The position numbers and the translations under genes were made by a program. The notes beneath the pieces are model-generated. The model saw only the letters and a list, made by a program, of their open reading frames with translations. It searched no databases and was not told the DNA's origin. DNA of 64,000 bases from Eledone cirrhosa. Its lineage: Eukaryota. Location: contig OZ024742.1 of NCBI GenBank assembly GCA_964016885.1, positions 149,916,001-149,980,000 on the forward strand, written 5' to 3'. Shown here in pieces: positions 27,931-42,159 of this stretch (the stretch's first letter is position 1; the number at the start of each line of letters is the position of its first letter).

Positions 27931-30661
27931 ATATAGCTTAGTAATATTTAAGTATGTGGTGAATTGGCTAAGTGGTTATGGCGTTGGATTAAATAGGCCT
28001 CAGTATTTGTTCCAGTTCCCTGCATTCTGTGTTCAAATCCAGCCAAGTTCAATTTTGCCTTTCATCCTTTTGAGATCAATAAATAAAGTACCAGTAAATT
28101 ACTGGGGTTGATTCTTCCTCTTTCTCTGAAAGAAATTGGCTGTGTTTCGACCTGGTTTAAAATGGCCAAGATACACCATGTGTCATGACAGCACCCCTAA
28201 ACTTCATTTGGTGTTAAAAGCCCTTTACCTTACTATTTGAGAACTAGGTAGTTATTAGTTACTTCAGAGAGTAATGACCTTGTCCATCATGAGTTCTGAG
28301 CTCAGCTGACTTTGGATGATAGTACCCAGTAGCTTCCTTCACCCACAGCCTGGGTTGCAGATTACACTTTTGGCAACAGAAAGGTGCATGTAGAGCCATT
28401 GACGAACAACAGACTGATAATTTAGCGGTGTCATTAATAATTGCCACTCATTTGGTGGTGGTTCTCAACAGCCTGAAGTTCTAGCAATATAAGTTCTGCA
28501 GGCTACTGCAAGTTAGTAGAAGAAGAGGAATCATGCTAATCTAGTTTATTATCCACCAACATCCCTGCTTCAATAATCTATAAAGGCAGGTGTCAATGAG
28601 CCACACAAGAATGCTTCATGAATATTGAGTACAGAGAAAGGGTGCTAAGCCTATGAATTTTGCAGGACCTTCAAAATGGGTAAAATTAATGGCTGGTTTT
28701 GTTCATTTTGAACACCACTAAGTTGCTGCCTATAGAAAAAACATGGTTGAAGGGATAATTCAAGAGAGGTGGCAATCTGGAGAGGAAGGATTGTGAAAGA
28801 GTGAGTGAGGCTAACTTTACCTTTCACACTTCCAGGGTTGATAAAATAAAGTACTAGTCTTGTACTCTCAGTTACTTAATGCCAAGTAAAGCAGGATAAA
28901 CACTGACCTAATGAGCCTTCAGGCTTTAGACAAAATGCATTGTACCATTTAGTTAAGACTTACTATGTTCAAATCCTGTCAAGGTCACCACAGACATGTA
29001 CACATACGCATGCAGGCAACATACACCCGCATATATATATCTAAGTAGGACACAAACTTTTATGTTGTACATGATATAGCATAGCTGTGTAATCATATCA
29101 GTATTATATTGAATGTCACCAACCTTTAATGTAATGAATTTGTATATTTTAAACTTATAAACTGATAGCTAATATCCCCTTTACCTTTCATACTTATAGA
29201 ACTCAATACCTTCAGAAAAAGAGCTAACAAGGGAGTCTCTATATGGTTGCTTGAACTGCTAGAAACAGCAGTGAAATCTTGCTCAGATCACATCTCATTG
29301 TCTTAGAGAAAAATGGCTAATATATCCTTGGGTTCCCTGCATATAGGAAAAAGATAGGATGGTCATAGCTGGAATGTCTTTCATTATAGAACTACTTAAT
29401 CAAGGTTGACCTGTGGTTAAACAGCTGCAACACTCTCCGGAAAATATATTTATTTTCCCTCCTTGAAAGAATTTTGTTTAATTTTTTCTATGAATTTAAC
29501 AATACTATAATTTGACAAAATTTGATTTTTTTTTTTAATATCATCATTGCTAAAAACAAAAATCGATCCTGAAAGAATTTTCTGTAACTTTATATAACAT
29601 CATTATCATCATCATCACTTTCACACCAGTTTTTCATGCTGGCATGAGAGTTCTTTCCAAGCTCCAAAGGCTCATCAAGCTGCCGTTTATCTGATTTCAT
29701 TGATGTAAAGCATCTGAGAGTACAAGACTCCCCAGTGGATAGGACACTAGTGCATTACAAGGGCTGGCAGTAGTTAAACAAGACTTTTTGTGGCAGTATT
29801 CTAAGGTTAGGTGTTGTTCCTAGTGCCAACCCTTACATATTTTTAAAAACTGTACTTATTCCACTGATATTTACCCACTGAACTGCTTAGCTGTGGGGTA
29901 ACCAAATATCGTAGTTATATTTTTAAAAGAAGTGTCAACATAAAGGCATACAGTAAAACAAACACACACACACAGTATAAATAATTTTATACATCTTTGT
30001 ATGCATGTTTTATTCATCGGCCTACTTAAGCTTATACATGCCAAGCAATCACATTTAATTAATTAATAAAAATTACTAAGCACAGAACTGTCTACAATTT
30101 ACATATATTTATATGGAAATTAATTTTGGATTGATTTTGTTTCTATGAAATTAAAGCAGGAGATATGTATGTACATATGTATGCATGTGTATGTACAATC
30201 AATATATGTACAAATGTGTATGTATGTATGTATCATCACAACATGTATGTATACAGGTATGAGACAATACTCATATTTGAATATACATATTGATTACACT
30301 TCAGTATTTCAGGTGACCTCTGATTTGAACATACACTCAGGGGCCTATATTCAGTGTGTGTGTGTAAGTGTGCATGTATATATGGAAGTGTATGTATGTG
30401 CATATGTGTATGTGTTCAATGTGCATAATGTCTATTTTTAAATAGTTGCAGTGGTAGTAGTAGTAATAGCAGCAGTAGTAGTAGTAATATTAGTAGCAGC
30501 AGTAGGAGTAGGTACTCATTGCTTTCCCATAATATGGTTGATTGGTTATTTACTTTTATACATACAAACATGTAGCAGCACATACATAAACACACACATA
30601 TAAATATGCACCATACATATATATATATATATATATATATGTATCTGTGTGTGTGTGTGTG

Positions 30662-30699
<38 letters not shown>

Positions 30700-30741
30700 C
30701 ACACACACACACACATATATATAGACACACACACAAACACA

Positions 30742-30777
<36 letters not shown>

Positions 30778-30939
30778 CAAACACAAAGATATGAAGTAGC
30801 TTTATCTAAAGAACATAACGAGAGTAAATATAATGAAGTAATTGAGGTAATTAAAAAGAACTCCTACTAGATGTCCCCCCACCCCTCAACCTGTCTTTCA
30901 ATAAATAGTCACAATAGTATATATATATATATATATAAC

Positions 30940-31230
30940 AATGACTACAACAACAGTGATGATGATGGTGATGATGATGATGATGATGATGGTGATGATG
31001 CTGATGAAGAGGATAGTGATAATGGTAATGATGAAGATGGCAATGAAAAAGGTGGTAATTGGTAAAGAAGAATATGATAATGATAGTGATGAACATAGTG
31101 ATGATGATGATGATGATGGTAATGAAGATGATGGTAATGAAGATGATGGTGATGGTAATGATGGTAATGATGAAAGTGATGATGATTGAGAGGATGGAGA
31201 TGGTGCTGAAGATGGCAATGAGGATTATGG
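30940..31230. repeat. (GAT/GGT/AAT)n trinucleotide tract
   Basis: Direct reading. Confidence 0.9.
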
Positions 31231-32047
31231 TAATACAGATGGAAGAGAAAAACATTGATGATATCAGATACAGTATCTCTGATCATATTAGTTCCAATTC
31301 AGTCAATCTCCTTTCAACTCGTGACCGTATTTTTATTTTCATATTTTTTTTTTTTTGTTTTTAATCAGACTTCCTTCCGTATTGAATCTTCTACTGCTAC
31401 ACTGCTACAAAAGATGGCAACAGCCACTACACTTCATACACCCAGTTGCAGAATTCACTCTCAATGCTGCTGCTCCTTAATTTTCACTTTCTTTCTCCTT
31501 GCATTCCCTTCATTTTTTCCTATTTTTTGTCTTTCTATTCCATTTTTCATTCTATCTTTCATTCATTCCAAATTTCAATCTTTCATTCCAAATGTTCATT
31601 TTTCATTCTATCTTTTATTCTAAATTCCAATTTTTCATTCTATTTTTCATTCATTCGAAATTTCAATACTTTCTTCTGAATTTCCATCTTATATTTGATT
31701 CATTCCATATTTTAATTTTCATTCTATCTTCCCTTCATTTTTTGTTCTTTCCAAATTTCTATCCTTCATTCTATCTTTCCTTCATTCCAAATTTCCATCT
31801 TTCATTCATTCCATCTTTTTCCTATATCATTGTTTCTATATTTCTTTATTTTTCTTCCTTACTTTTCATTCTTCATTTCATACATTCTATCATCATCACT
31901 ATTTGACATCCATTTTTCATGCTAGCACGGGTTAGACAGATTGTCCTGTTATGAGACAAGTCAGGTTTGGAGACCATGTCATGCTCATATTGATCTGTAT
32001 TTTGGCTTGGTTTCTGGATGCTCTTCCTAATGTCAAACATGTTACAG

Positions 32048-33331
32048 ACTAAAGACTGTCTAAGACTAAAGTTCTAGTATGTAGGAAGGAAAATAGGGCA
32101 CTGGTCCCATCTGAGAAATGGCCATGCTCAGTGTGTAGAAAAGGAGTAGGCAGAAACTCCATTTTATGTCCCAAATGCAAAGTATGGGGGCATAAAAGAT
32201 GTAGTGGGGTCACAGGTAAGCTAACTAAGAATATAGATTTTATATGTGGCCGGTGCTCAGGTGCAATAAGTAGCAGCAAGTGCCCACAGAATACTAGCTC
32301 ATTCCATTGCACAGATGGTTCTATAGAAATAGTGGACACCTTCCGTTACCTGGGTGACAAAATCAGCAGTGGTGGAGGGTGCTCTGAAAGTACAGTAGCT
32401 AGAGTCAGAACGGGATGGAAAAAGTTCAGAGAGCTTATACCACTATTGGCCGCTAAAGGTTTCTCGCTAAAAATGAAAGGCAGGCTGTATGATGCCTGCA
32501 TACGAACAGCAATGTTGCATGGCAGTGAGACCTGGCATTGTGTGCAGAGGATCTACGCAGAGTGGAGAGGAATGAAGCTTGCATGCTCCGTTGGATGTGT
32601 AATAGTAATATACATGAATGGCAAAGCATAAATGAACTAAGGGAGAAATTAGGAATAAGAGGGATCAGATGCTGTTTACTCGAGAGAAGACTACGTTGGT
32701 ATGGTCACGTGATGCGTATGAAAGATGACAGCTGTATAAAAAAGTGCAGGGCAATCAAAATAGACGGTAACCACAGAGTAGGCAGACCCAGAAAAACGTG
32801 GGACGACTTGATAAATTCCGACCTCACACACACCTCTCCAAGACAATGTCTCTGGACCGAGATCTTTGGTGCTATGCAGTAATACAGAAGACCCGCCTTG
32901 CCTAAGTACAAAGCAAAACCTACAGTCAGTAGGCACCTCTTACCAAAATACACCCCCGTCCCACTACCCCCAGCCCCATCCACACCACCCCTTTCGATGT
33001 AAAGTTATGTTGGTACCACAACATTCAGTCCTAAATAAATGAGGTCGTGTAGGTGTCACAACAAAAAAACACACGGTCGGCGCTGTAATGTGGCCGTGTA
33101 GGTAACACGGTAAAAAACACACAGTCCACGCTGTAATGTGGTCATGTAGGTAACACGGTAAAAACCTACCAGTCCACACTGTAAATGTGGTTGGTGTTGG
33201 GAAGGGCATCCAGCCGTAGAAAACCTGCCAGACAGTCCTATACGAGCAAGACAACAAATCTTGCCTCAAGTGGGAAAATTCCCGTCCAAACCCATGCTAG
33301 CGTGGAAGATGGACATTAAACGCTGATGATG
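32048..33331 (+). mobile_element. 5'-truncated RTE LINE copy 2 (frameshifted), 9-bp TSD ATGTTACAG
   Basis: ORFs 32131-32631 and 32538-32882 match copy 1; TSD at 32039-32047 and 33332-33340. Confidence 0.93.
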
Positions 33332-33664
33332 ATGTTACAGTGTGGGTAGGGTGCTTTTTATCATGGCACTAAAATGACCACTTAACAGGGTGGACTGGGT
33401 GTTTTGTCTCATGTCATCAACGTCACCACTTTACAGGGTGTTCTGGGCGCTTTTTGTCATATCACTAGCATGACCTCCTTACAGGATAGACTAGGTGCTT
33501 TTGTTGTTGGGGCACCGGATTGGTATACAGGATGGACTTAGTGCTTTTTGTCATGGTAATGGCATTGTGGGAGATCAGATGTAGAGCATGTCCAGCTTTC
33601 ATGTTTGTATGCATGGGTTGGGCAGGCAGGGTGTATCAGGATGAAGGTTTGAAGAGGGAGACAA

Positions 33665-33860
33665 GTAAGCAAGTTCGACATCGACTTTGTGAGGTTTAAT
33701 TGGTCTAGGTCAGCATTTATCACTTTATCCCAAGCTTTCCTAGGTCTTCCTTTTCTATAATTGGCATCAACTGAGTGTCTTGCACCTTTTCATACAGCTG
33801 CTATCCTCCATATGCATCACATGTCCAAACCAGCATAATCTGTTCTTCTATATTGTATGT
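33665..33860 (-). pseudogene. Old RTE ORF C-terminal fragment
   Basis: RC encodes RLCWFGHVMHMED...KGRPRKAWDKVINADL. Confidence 0.75.
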
Positions 33861-34272
33861 CTCTATTTGCCCTTGCTTACTATCAAAGGCATCAAGCAGC
33901 ATGACTAAATTTGTTGCTTGGCTGAAAGCTCCTTTAACTTCAGGTTGCCCTCTGTCTCCAATTTCATCTAGACCTAACTATGAAGTCGCTAACGACTAGG
34001 TTATGTTGCGAGGTGCATTCCTCACCTGAGAGAGACTGTGTTTACAACTGTTACTATCTCGCCTTCTGATGAGGATACAATCTATCTGGCTAGCGTGCTC
34101 ACCTGATCTATAGGTGATCAGGTGATTGTTTGGTTATTTAAAATTTGTGTTACAGATAGATAGATTATTAGTGTCACATAATTCCAGGAGCTTGAAGCCA
34201 TCTTTCTCACCAAACGCAAACCTTTGTGGAGTCTGTGGAAACCACCACAGTGTTGCTCAACATGCCCTTTAA

Positions 34273-34504
34273 CCCTTTAGCATTTACATGGAAGTAAAAC
34301 AATGATGATGATGATGATTACTCTATATATACTATTATATTTTTATGGTAAAGGCTTTGTCGTACATAATTATCTCACATAACATCAAATCTATGAGATT
34401 TTGATATTTATTTGGAGAACAATACCTTAACGTCAGTATGAGTGGAAAATACGGCCGGTTTAAATGCTAATACAGTGAATACAGCCAGTTTAAATGCTAA
34501 AGGG
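34273..34504. mobile_element. piggyBac-like MITE
   Basis: Perfect 14-bp TIR CCCTTTAGCATTTA/TAAATGCTAAAGGG flanked by TTAA and TCAA. Confidence 0.75.
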
Positions 34505-37500
34505 TCAAAGTCACCATTGCTTATTAGGGACTTGTAAGATCTATATTTTCTTTTTTTTTCATTCTCCCCACTCCAGTCTTTTCTTTGTTTATCATTGTAC
34601 TTGTTTTTTATTGTTTAGTCAGAGACTGAAGCACAATGCCAACCTTTGTTACAGACTCTCAGATTACTGGGAGATGAAAGAAGAAGGTGTCATGAAACCA
34701 ACACTAACAAATCCATTAAATCAACTGCCCTGAATTAGATACAATCTCATAGAAGGCCGCTATAGATGTATAGGTGTGAGCTGTAAATTTCCTTTTCAAC
34801 ACCACCAACATCAATACCAGCATTACAACCATCGGCCCCACCCCCACCACCACTAACATCCCTACCATCATCACCACCAGCATCAATACCAGCATTACAA
34901 CCAATGGCACCTCCCACCACCCCACTAACACCATCATTACCATCATCATAATCACCAACACCAGCATTACAACCAATGGCACCACCACCACCCCCGCTAA
35001 CACCATCACAAACACCAACACAGGTTCATTAAGATGGATTCTCTTCTATTCTTTCTTTCTAATCTTTCTGGGTTTTTAGTTTTTCATCCAGTTTTATTTC
35101 ATTTCTTCATTAAATGTTATTGTTTCTCCCTTTCTTTCTATCTTCATTAAGTGATTCTTTGCCAGACACCCCCTAACTCCCACCCCCTCTAAATTGACCC
35201 CTCACACTTGTTTCTATTTCCTGGATTTTTTTTTTTTTTTCCAGTACTCCTCGCCTGCTCTGCACCTTCTTCCATATACACTTTACAATCTTAATTAAAC
35301 TAATTTCATAGACTCACACAATTCAATTTAAAAAATGATTCTTACAAAAGTGTTCTTGTTGTTATTGCAATTGTTATTGCTGTGGATTGGCTGTAGGCAG
35401 TGAATAGGTAGAATCGTTAATGTGTAAGACTTGCAGTATTGAGCTCTAAGTTCAATTTGGCCTATTTGTGTAGTAGATAATCTGTTGCCTGGTTTAACAC
35501 CCCGCCACCACCACTATTTAGCCCTTTAGTGAAGTCCACTTTGTTGCAAGTATTTGAATAAGTTCTTTGAGAGGGAATAAGAAAGGTATTTTCAAACCAG
35601 TTTCCAAAACCCTAAATAGGTTTATGGGCTACATTTTCTGACTAAATAGGGAAGAAAAGAAAAAATATATATTTCTCTTTTGTGGTTATAATTTTTATTC
35701 CGGTTGTTAGAGTATTGGACAAATGTTTAGCAATATTTCTTCTGGCTCTTTACTTTCTGAGCTGAAGTCAACTTTATTCTATCAACCTTTGAAATATAAA
35801 AGGCAAAGTATCCATTAAGTACTGAGATTGATATAATCAACTTACCCTTCACTTCAAAATTGCTGGCCCTTTGCCAAAATTAAAAAAACACTATTCTGGT
35901 TCCTCATGTTGTTTAAGTTGAACTATATCAACCCTGATTCAGTTGAACTATATCAAAGGCCTTTCAACCATGACCGCCCTATTATATTTCTATGTGCAGT
36001 ATATCTTAAAGTAGGTACTGAATTGGCAGAGCCGTTAGAACGTCGGATAGAATGCTTTATGGTATTTGTTCTGGCTCTCTGAGTTCAAATCATGTCGAGG
36101 TCAACTTTGCCTTTCATCCTTTTGAGGTCAATGAAAGAAGTACCAGTCTAGTACTGGGGTTGATTCTGCCTCTATATCTCTTTCATATTTCCGCTCCCTC
36201 ACTTTCTATCTTTTTCTGTAAGAAATATGCTGTACTCAGGCCTGGAGAGCTCTGCCAGGCTTAATATGTTCAAGAAATGCTTTATGTCAATAGAGTGCTC
36301 CTACAACTATCAGGAGTTATGGGACCATGCATACATATCTTAAAGAACATTTTTACAATGTTACAATTTTTTAAATAAAGATGGCACAGTATGATTTGCT
36401 GCAGATTTGGTTGCTATTTCTAGTAGATCAAGCAAACACAACAAGACTCATCCATTACTGAGGTTGCCACAAATGTTACTGCCTCTATAGTTGTTGCAAA
36501 TGAATAGTAGACATTAAAAACTTGATTAAGGATGTATGTAGAAGCTCTGATAATGAAAAATTACTGTCCTGGCCAAAATTTCCTGAAATTTAAAGTATTT
36601 TTGAAGGCGTGCAACTAATACCATGTATTAAAACAAACATACACATATATATCATCACAGTCTTATCTATGGTAGCATGTGTTGGATAGGTTGTACAAAG
36701 TCAGTACTTAATCCAAGCTACTGTCATAAATGGATTGGGTGCATAGGTTTCATTGAAACATTACATTTTAGCTAGAGGCTCCTCATAATGCGAAACACTT
36801 TACAGAGTGTATTTGGTGCATTATTTAATGGCACCATACATATTTATTACTCTGGTACTACTCACAGTTTTATAAGTGTTTCTGATCACATAATTCATTT
36901 CTGATATTTAGCAAAAAAAGAAAATCAAAAACATATCTTTTCACACAAAACACACTCATATATACATACACACAAATGCACACACCCATATTGATATCTA
37001 TGTTAGTTTTCATATTTGTTTTCTGGATATTAACTGATGGAAGGAAAATCTGTATTATATATAAAGATATACCCTACACAGCACACAAACTACAGTAACA
37101 GATACACAGATATAGTGTGGATAGTTTTCTTTTTTAAATATGTTTAACAGTATGATAACCAACAGTAAGCCATATAATCACTAAATTAGTTAAGAGACAA
37201 TGTAGAGGGTAGGTAGGTATGTAGGGATGGGGGAAATAAATGTAAACCCTGAGGTATCTATTAAGATAAGGACAGGACAAAGCTGGGTAGGCAGAAGGGG
37301 GGGGGGGGTTATATGTAATAGAAGCAACAGCTGGGTAGTAGTGGTGGTAGTGGAGATGTTGGAGAGTTCACCAGGGAATTTGGAAAGTGGGACTAATCAC
37401 ATTTACTTACTGTCTGTCTGTCTCTGTGTGTGTTTATAGTATAATCTCTGTAAGTATACACACTAGAAGCAGTAGGGGGCATGATGAAATGATACACACA

Positions 37501-38009
37501 CACACACACACATCTTCCTCTACCTTATCTACAGACTCATGAAGCTTATATTCCACTTATATCCCAACCTGCCTCCATCTACTAATCAACAACACAGCCT
37601 CCATATCTCTCTCCTTCACCATAACAACACCCCATTACCAGCCATGGCATGTCATATTTCTAGACACTACCACCACCTCTGTAATTCCATTCCTTACTTT
37701 CCAGGAACATTTGTAACTCCTCTCTTTCACACACACACCTCTTCATTCTAGACACCAATTTCTACATTTCCCATCAGGTTTGTAGTATATTTCTCTCACT
37801 CTCCCCCTCTCAGTTATTCACCCATTCGCACCACTTAACACTCTCTTGACACTCCAACACTGTATCTGCTGCTCTGTCAACTTGTCTACTGCCCCAGCTG
37901 TCTGCCTATCACTGTCTGTCTGTTTGTCAGCCCATCAGTTAGTCAGTCAGTCACTTAGTTATCACTGTCTGTCAATCTATCAGTGCCTATGTTAGTCTCT
38001 CTATATAAC

Positions 38010-38826
38010 TCAGTCAGTCTGTGTCTGTCTGCCACTGTCTGTCAGTCAGTCAGTCTGCCACTGTCTGTCAGTCAGTCAGTCTGCCACTGTCTGTCAGTCA
38101 GTCAGTCTGCCACTGTCTGTCTCTCAGTCAGTCTGCCACTGTCTGTCTCTCAGTCAGTCTGCCACTGTCTGTCTGTCAGTCAGTCTGCCACTGTCTGTCT
38201 GTCAGTCAGTCTGCCACTGTCTGTCTGTCAGTCAGTCTGCCACTGTCTGTCTGTCAGTCAGTCTGCCACTGTCTGTCAACAATAGCAGTCAGTTGTAACT
38301 ACAATGGCATCAATACTATCAAAAGGAATCATAATTAACTGGGGGATGTCTGTCAGTCAGTCAGTCAGTCTACCACTGTGTCAGTCAGTCAGTCAGTCTA
38401 CCACTGTGTCAGTCAGTCAGTCAGTCAGTCTACCACTGTGTCAGTCAGTCAGTCAGTCAGTCTACCACTGTGTCAGTCAGTCAGTCAGTCAGTCTACCAC
38501 TGTGTCAGTCAGTCAGTCAGTCTACCACTGTGTCAGTCAGTCAGTCAGTCAGTCTACCACTGTGTCAGTCAGTCAGTCAGTCTACCACTGTCAGTCAGTC
38601 AGTCAGTCTACCACTGTGTCAGTCAGTCAGTCTACCACTGTGTCAGTCAGTCTACCACTGTGTCAGTCAGTCTACCACTGTGTCAGTCAGTCAGTCTACC
38701 ACTGTGTCAGTCAGTCAGTCTACCACTGTGTCTGTCAGTCAGTCTACCACTGTGTCTGTCAGTCAGTCTACCACTGTGTCTGTCAGTCAGTCTACCACTG
38801 TGTCTGTCAGTCAGTCTACCACTGTC
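38010..38826. repeat. (CAGT)n-derived minisatellite with two unit types (TCTGCCACTGTC and TCTACCACTGTG)
   Basis: Direct reading; two blocks separated by 38277-38345. Confidence 0.95.
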
Positions 38827-40102
38827 TCTTATCTAGTATTATTGAAATACTTTCTGAAATTGTTAACAAAAGTATATTGAAGAGTAAAAGATGTGTGTGT
38901 ATGTGACAGAAAAGATGGTGTCAGATATAAGATGAAGGAATGGTGAAGGTGTAAAGTTTTATGATATTGTGTGGTATAACAGTTGTTTTTATTGGTATAG
39001 CACCAAATCAGCTCAGGTGAGCAGCTACATAATCAAAGAAATTTCAGTTGTGACAATCCTTTACATGTGTGTGTGTGTGTGGGGGGGGGGGGTTAACCAG
39101 AATCATGTTTTACAATATGTCCTTTCTTTTTAAGACACCAGAAAATGCTTTGAAGATTTGTTTGCTCTGCCATTTCTAGCGAGTTAAATGACTACATAAG
39201 AGTTCTCACATTTGCTTGTGGTGTACAATAGTTATTTTAATCATTGTTATAATGATTGGCATGCTGCAATAGGAGCAAGTGAAAGGTGTTGTATAATGAA
39301 GCCAAAATTTGTTATGACTCAACCAGATACTATTCTTTTAATCTTTTTGGTTCAAACTATATGAAACTGCCCTGGATTTATGATACAAAACTGCCCATTA
39401 TCAAATGTTTATCTTTACATTAAAACATTCCATCATTATTTTATTTTGAGTTCAAATCCCGTTGAGGTTAACTTTGCCTTTCATCCTTATGGAGGTCGAT
39501 AAAATAAAGAACCAGTAATGCACTGGGTAATTGCTGGCCTTGTGCCAAAAGTAGAAACAATTATTTTATTTAAGAAATTTTTGTTTAAGTAATGTTCAAA
39601 ATATAAGCTAATCAATAAAAAAACTTAGTTACTTTATTAAACTTTTTGGTACTTTTCAAAACTAATTGAAACCCGCAGGCAGTTTTTTTTTTTTGTCAGA
39701 AATACAATAATGAAAGGTTAATATTGCAGTTTGTGAATGAGTCGATCATCAGATTTTTAGGTGGGATGTCTATCACAGTGCAGGAAAAAAAAATCATCAG
39801 TCAGATAATTAACTTTTTCCTGGCCCCGTTTCTAAGGAATTACACAATTTCAATTAATCATTGAAGAATTTTGAAGGTTTTTAAAAAAATTATGTTATTT
39901 AATTATTAAGTAATTTAGCACATGATTTTTGTTGGGCTGGTATCAAAAGGGTTATTAAAATTGATTTGACAAGTGACTTGATTTGAGATTCTATGTTGAA
40001 CATGAATCAATTGCATGATGGGAGTGTCATGGTAGCTTTTCAAAGCATATATACTTATATATTCACTTCTGTTTCATTTAAAAGAATAGCAGTGCTCATG
40101 AC

Positions 40103-42159
40103 CAGGGCTGCTGAAACTTTTTCTCAATAGTACCAAAAGCTTTGTTTAAAAAGAACCAAATTATACAAAAATGTACCAAATCCAATTACCCCCTTCCATA
40201 GACTGCCAACATCCTAACAATCCATCTATCACCCACATCCTAACACTCCACTCTTCACCAGTTAAGTGTCACATCCTAGACCTACCACTCCAATCCCCAC
40301 TCTACATACATGTACCACCTACCCCCAGTCCACACTGGAAAGTGGTCGTGTTGGTATCATGACAAAAAATACTGTAAAGTGGTAATTTTGCTGTTAGGGT
40401 AAAAGGCACCCAGTCCACACTGTAAATGTGGTTGGCATTAGGAAGGGCATCCAGTTGCAGAAACCAAGCCCAAAACAGTTCTGTCTGAACAAGACAGGGT
40501 CATCTGATCTGACTTATTTCACAATAGGACAACTCGTCTAATCCATGCTAGTGTGGAAAAATGGATATTAAAATGTGATGATGATGATGAAACCCTGACA
40601 AATGTTAACAAAAGAGAATATTTTACTTTTACTTTATATATTTTAATTAAAAAGAAATGTCTTTTCCCACATTTTTCTTGCTGTACCAGTCATCATTTTG
40701 CAGTAGAGACTTTGATCTTTGCAGGGCATTTAATGTTATTGTTTTTAAAGCATTGAAATTTTAGGTTTTTAGGTTATTGAGAAGGGAAAAATACTCTTTC
40801 TGCAGCTGCTGAAATATGTGGCAATGAAAGAAGCTGCATCATGAACATAGATAGTAATGGGTAGTGATATATGTCACCACATTTTTCTTGAGAAACAAGA
40901 AACCAGTATTTCTCAGGCTTATTTTGTACATTAAGAGATGCATTTTGCAGAGTCAATTCTCTCCATTCTTTATTTATTTGTTGATATGGGTCTTCATGCA
41001 CAAAGCTAGAAAATTTCATTGCCAATGCTATGATCAGTTGTGGTTAACTTCAATAATATTGGTTAGGTCTAAAGCTATTTGAACAAATTGCTTGGTAGAA
41101 ATATCCATTGTTTCATCTACAATAAGGGAGAACTTTGTGAATTTAGCTTGGACAATATATCATTGAAGCATGGGACCGATTGCATTTGAAAAAATACAAG
41201 TTCGTTTAGTTCTTGCACACTTGATGTCTTTGGTGATGTTTTAATCAGAGCATACGTTGGCAATGACGCCAAGCAAATGATCCAAAATAGCAATGGGTAG
41301 GTTGTGCTCAACAATAAATCCACATAGTTTCAGCTCAGTTGATGTTACTTTAATTAAGTGAGCAGAACATTGAGCAGGCTTTATGAAATCTGTTACCTTC
41401 ACTGTTTCTCTACTTTCACATTATTTTGGTGTTTTCTGTCTCTTCATTTGACTTAAGCATCCAGCTATCTCACAATTACACAATTTACAGTAGCCTTTAC
41501 TTGCATGCTTTTTACTTAATTCCAGCCACAATGAAAATTTCTCGTCCTTTTATAATTTTTACAGAACTTTTCTTTCATAGACAGTGAATTTCAGTTTTTT
41601 CTGAGGAGTGTCATTTTCGTCACTATCAGAATTATATTCTTTATTAACTTTTTTTCCACTTATGATGGATTCAAAATGCTTCTCAAAAAAAACAAAACAG
41701 TTAGCATATTGAAATATGACATCATCAAAGCACACTGCATGTCATGACAACTGCTTAAACTGAACTGATACAGTTGAGTTTCAAGAATTCGTCTTATTAC
41801 ATCTATATTTAGATGTCCACTGATTCATTGTGAGTGAATAGTGCATTATTATTGGCTAACAGGATAATATAGAAGATGGTTGGCTACTGATTTGAAATAC
41901 TACGCAGAAGAATTATTGATGTCAAGATCTGAGGGCAAAAACAATAATGGATAGCTTCTCGGTGTAAAAGTCATTATAGCTGATAAATAGTAAATCATTA
42001 AATGGTAATTTTAGAATATCAATTCAGCCAAATTCGTAAAGCAAGTACAATCTTTAAAACATACCAAAAATTCCAGTTGTGGTACCAAATGTACTGAAAA
42101 GTCAAATTAAGGGCAAATAGTACCAAATTTGTATGAATGTGTCAACTTTGGCAGCACTG
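40103..42159 (-). mobile_element. Internally deleted hAT DNA transposon (Tip100-like TIR) with a nested SINE at 40320-40590
   Basis: 8-bp TSD CTCATGAC (40095-40102, 42160-42167); TIR CAG(G/T)GCTGC; subterminal GTACCAAA repeats; hATC motif LLSLPHISAAAERVF; Zn-finger-like WL..GYCKLCNCEI near 41430-41550. Confidence 0.9.

Noticed and set aside
30851-31364. Acidic, His-rich and Met-rich ORFs
   Set aside because: (GAT)n microsatellite with no splice or domain evidence
38010-38826. Regularly spaced repeats suggestive of a CRISPR array
   Set aside because: No unique spacers, no cas genes and a eukaryotic context; it is a minisatellite
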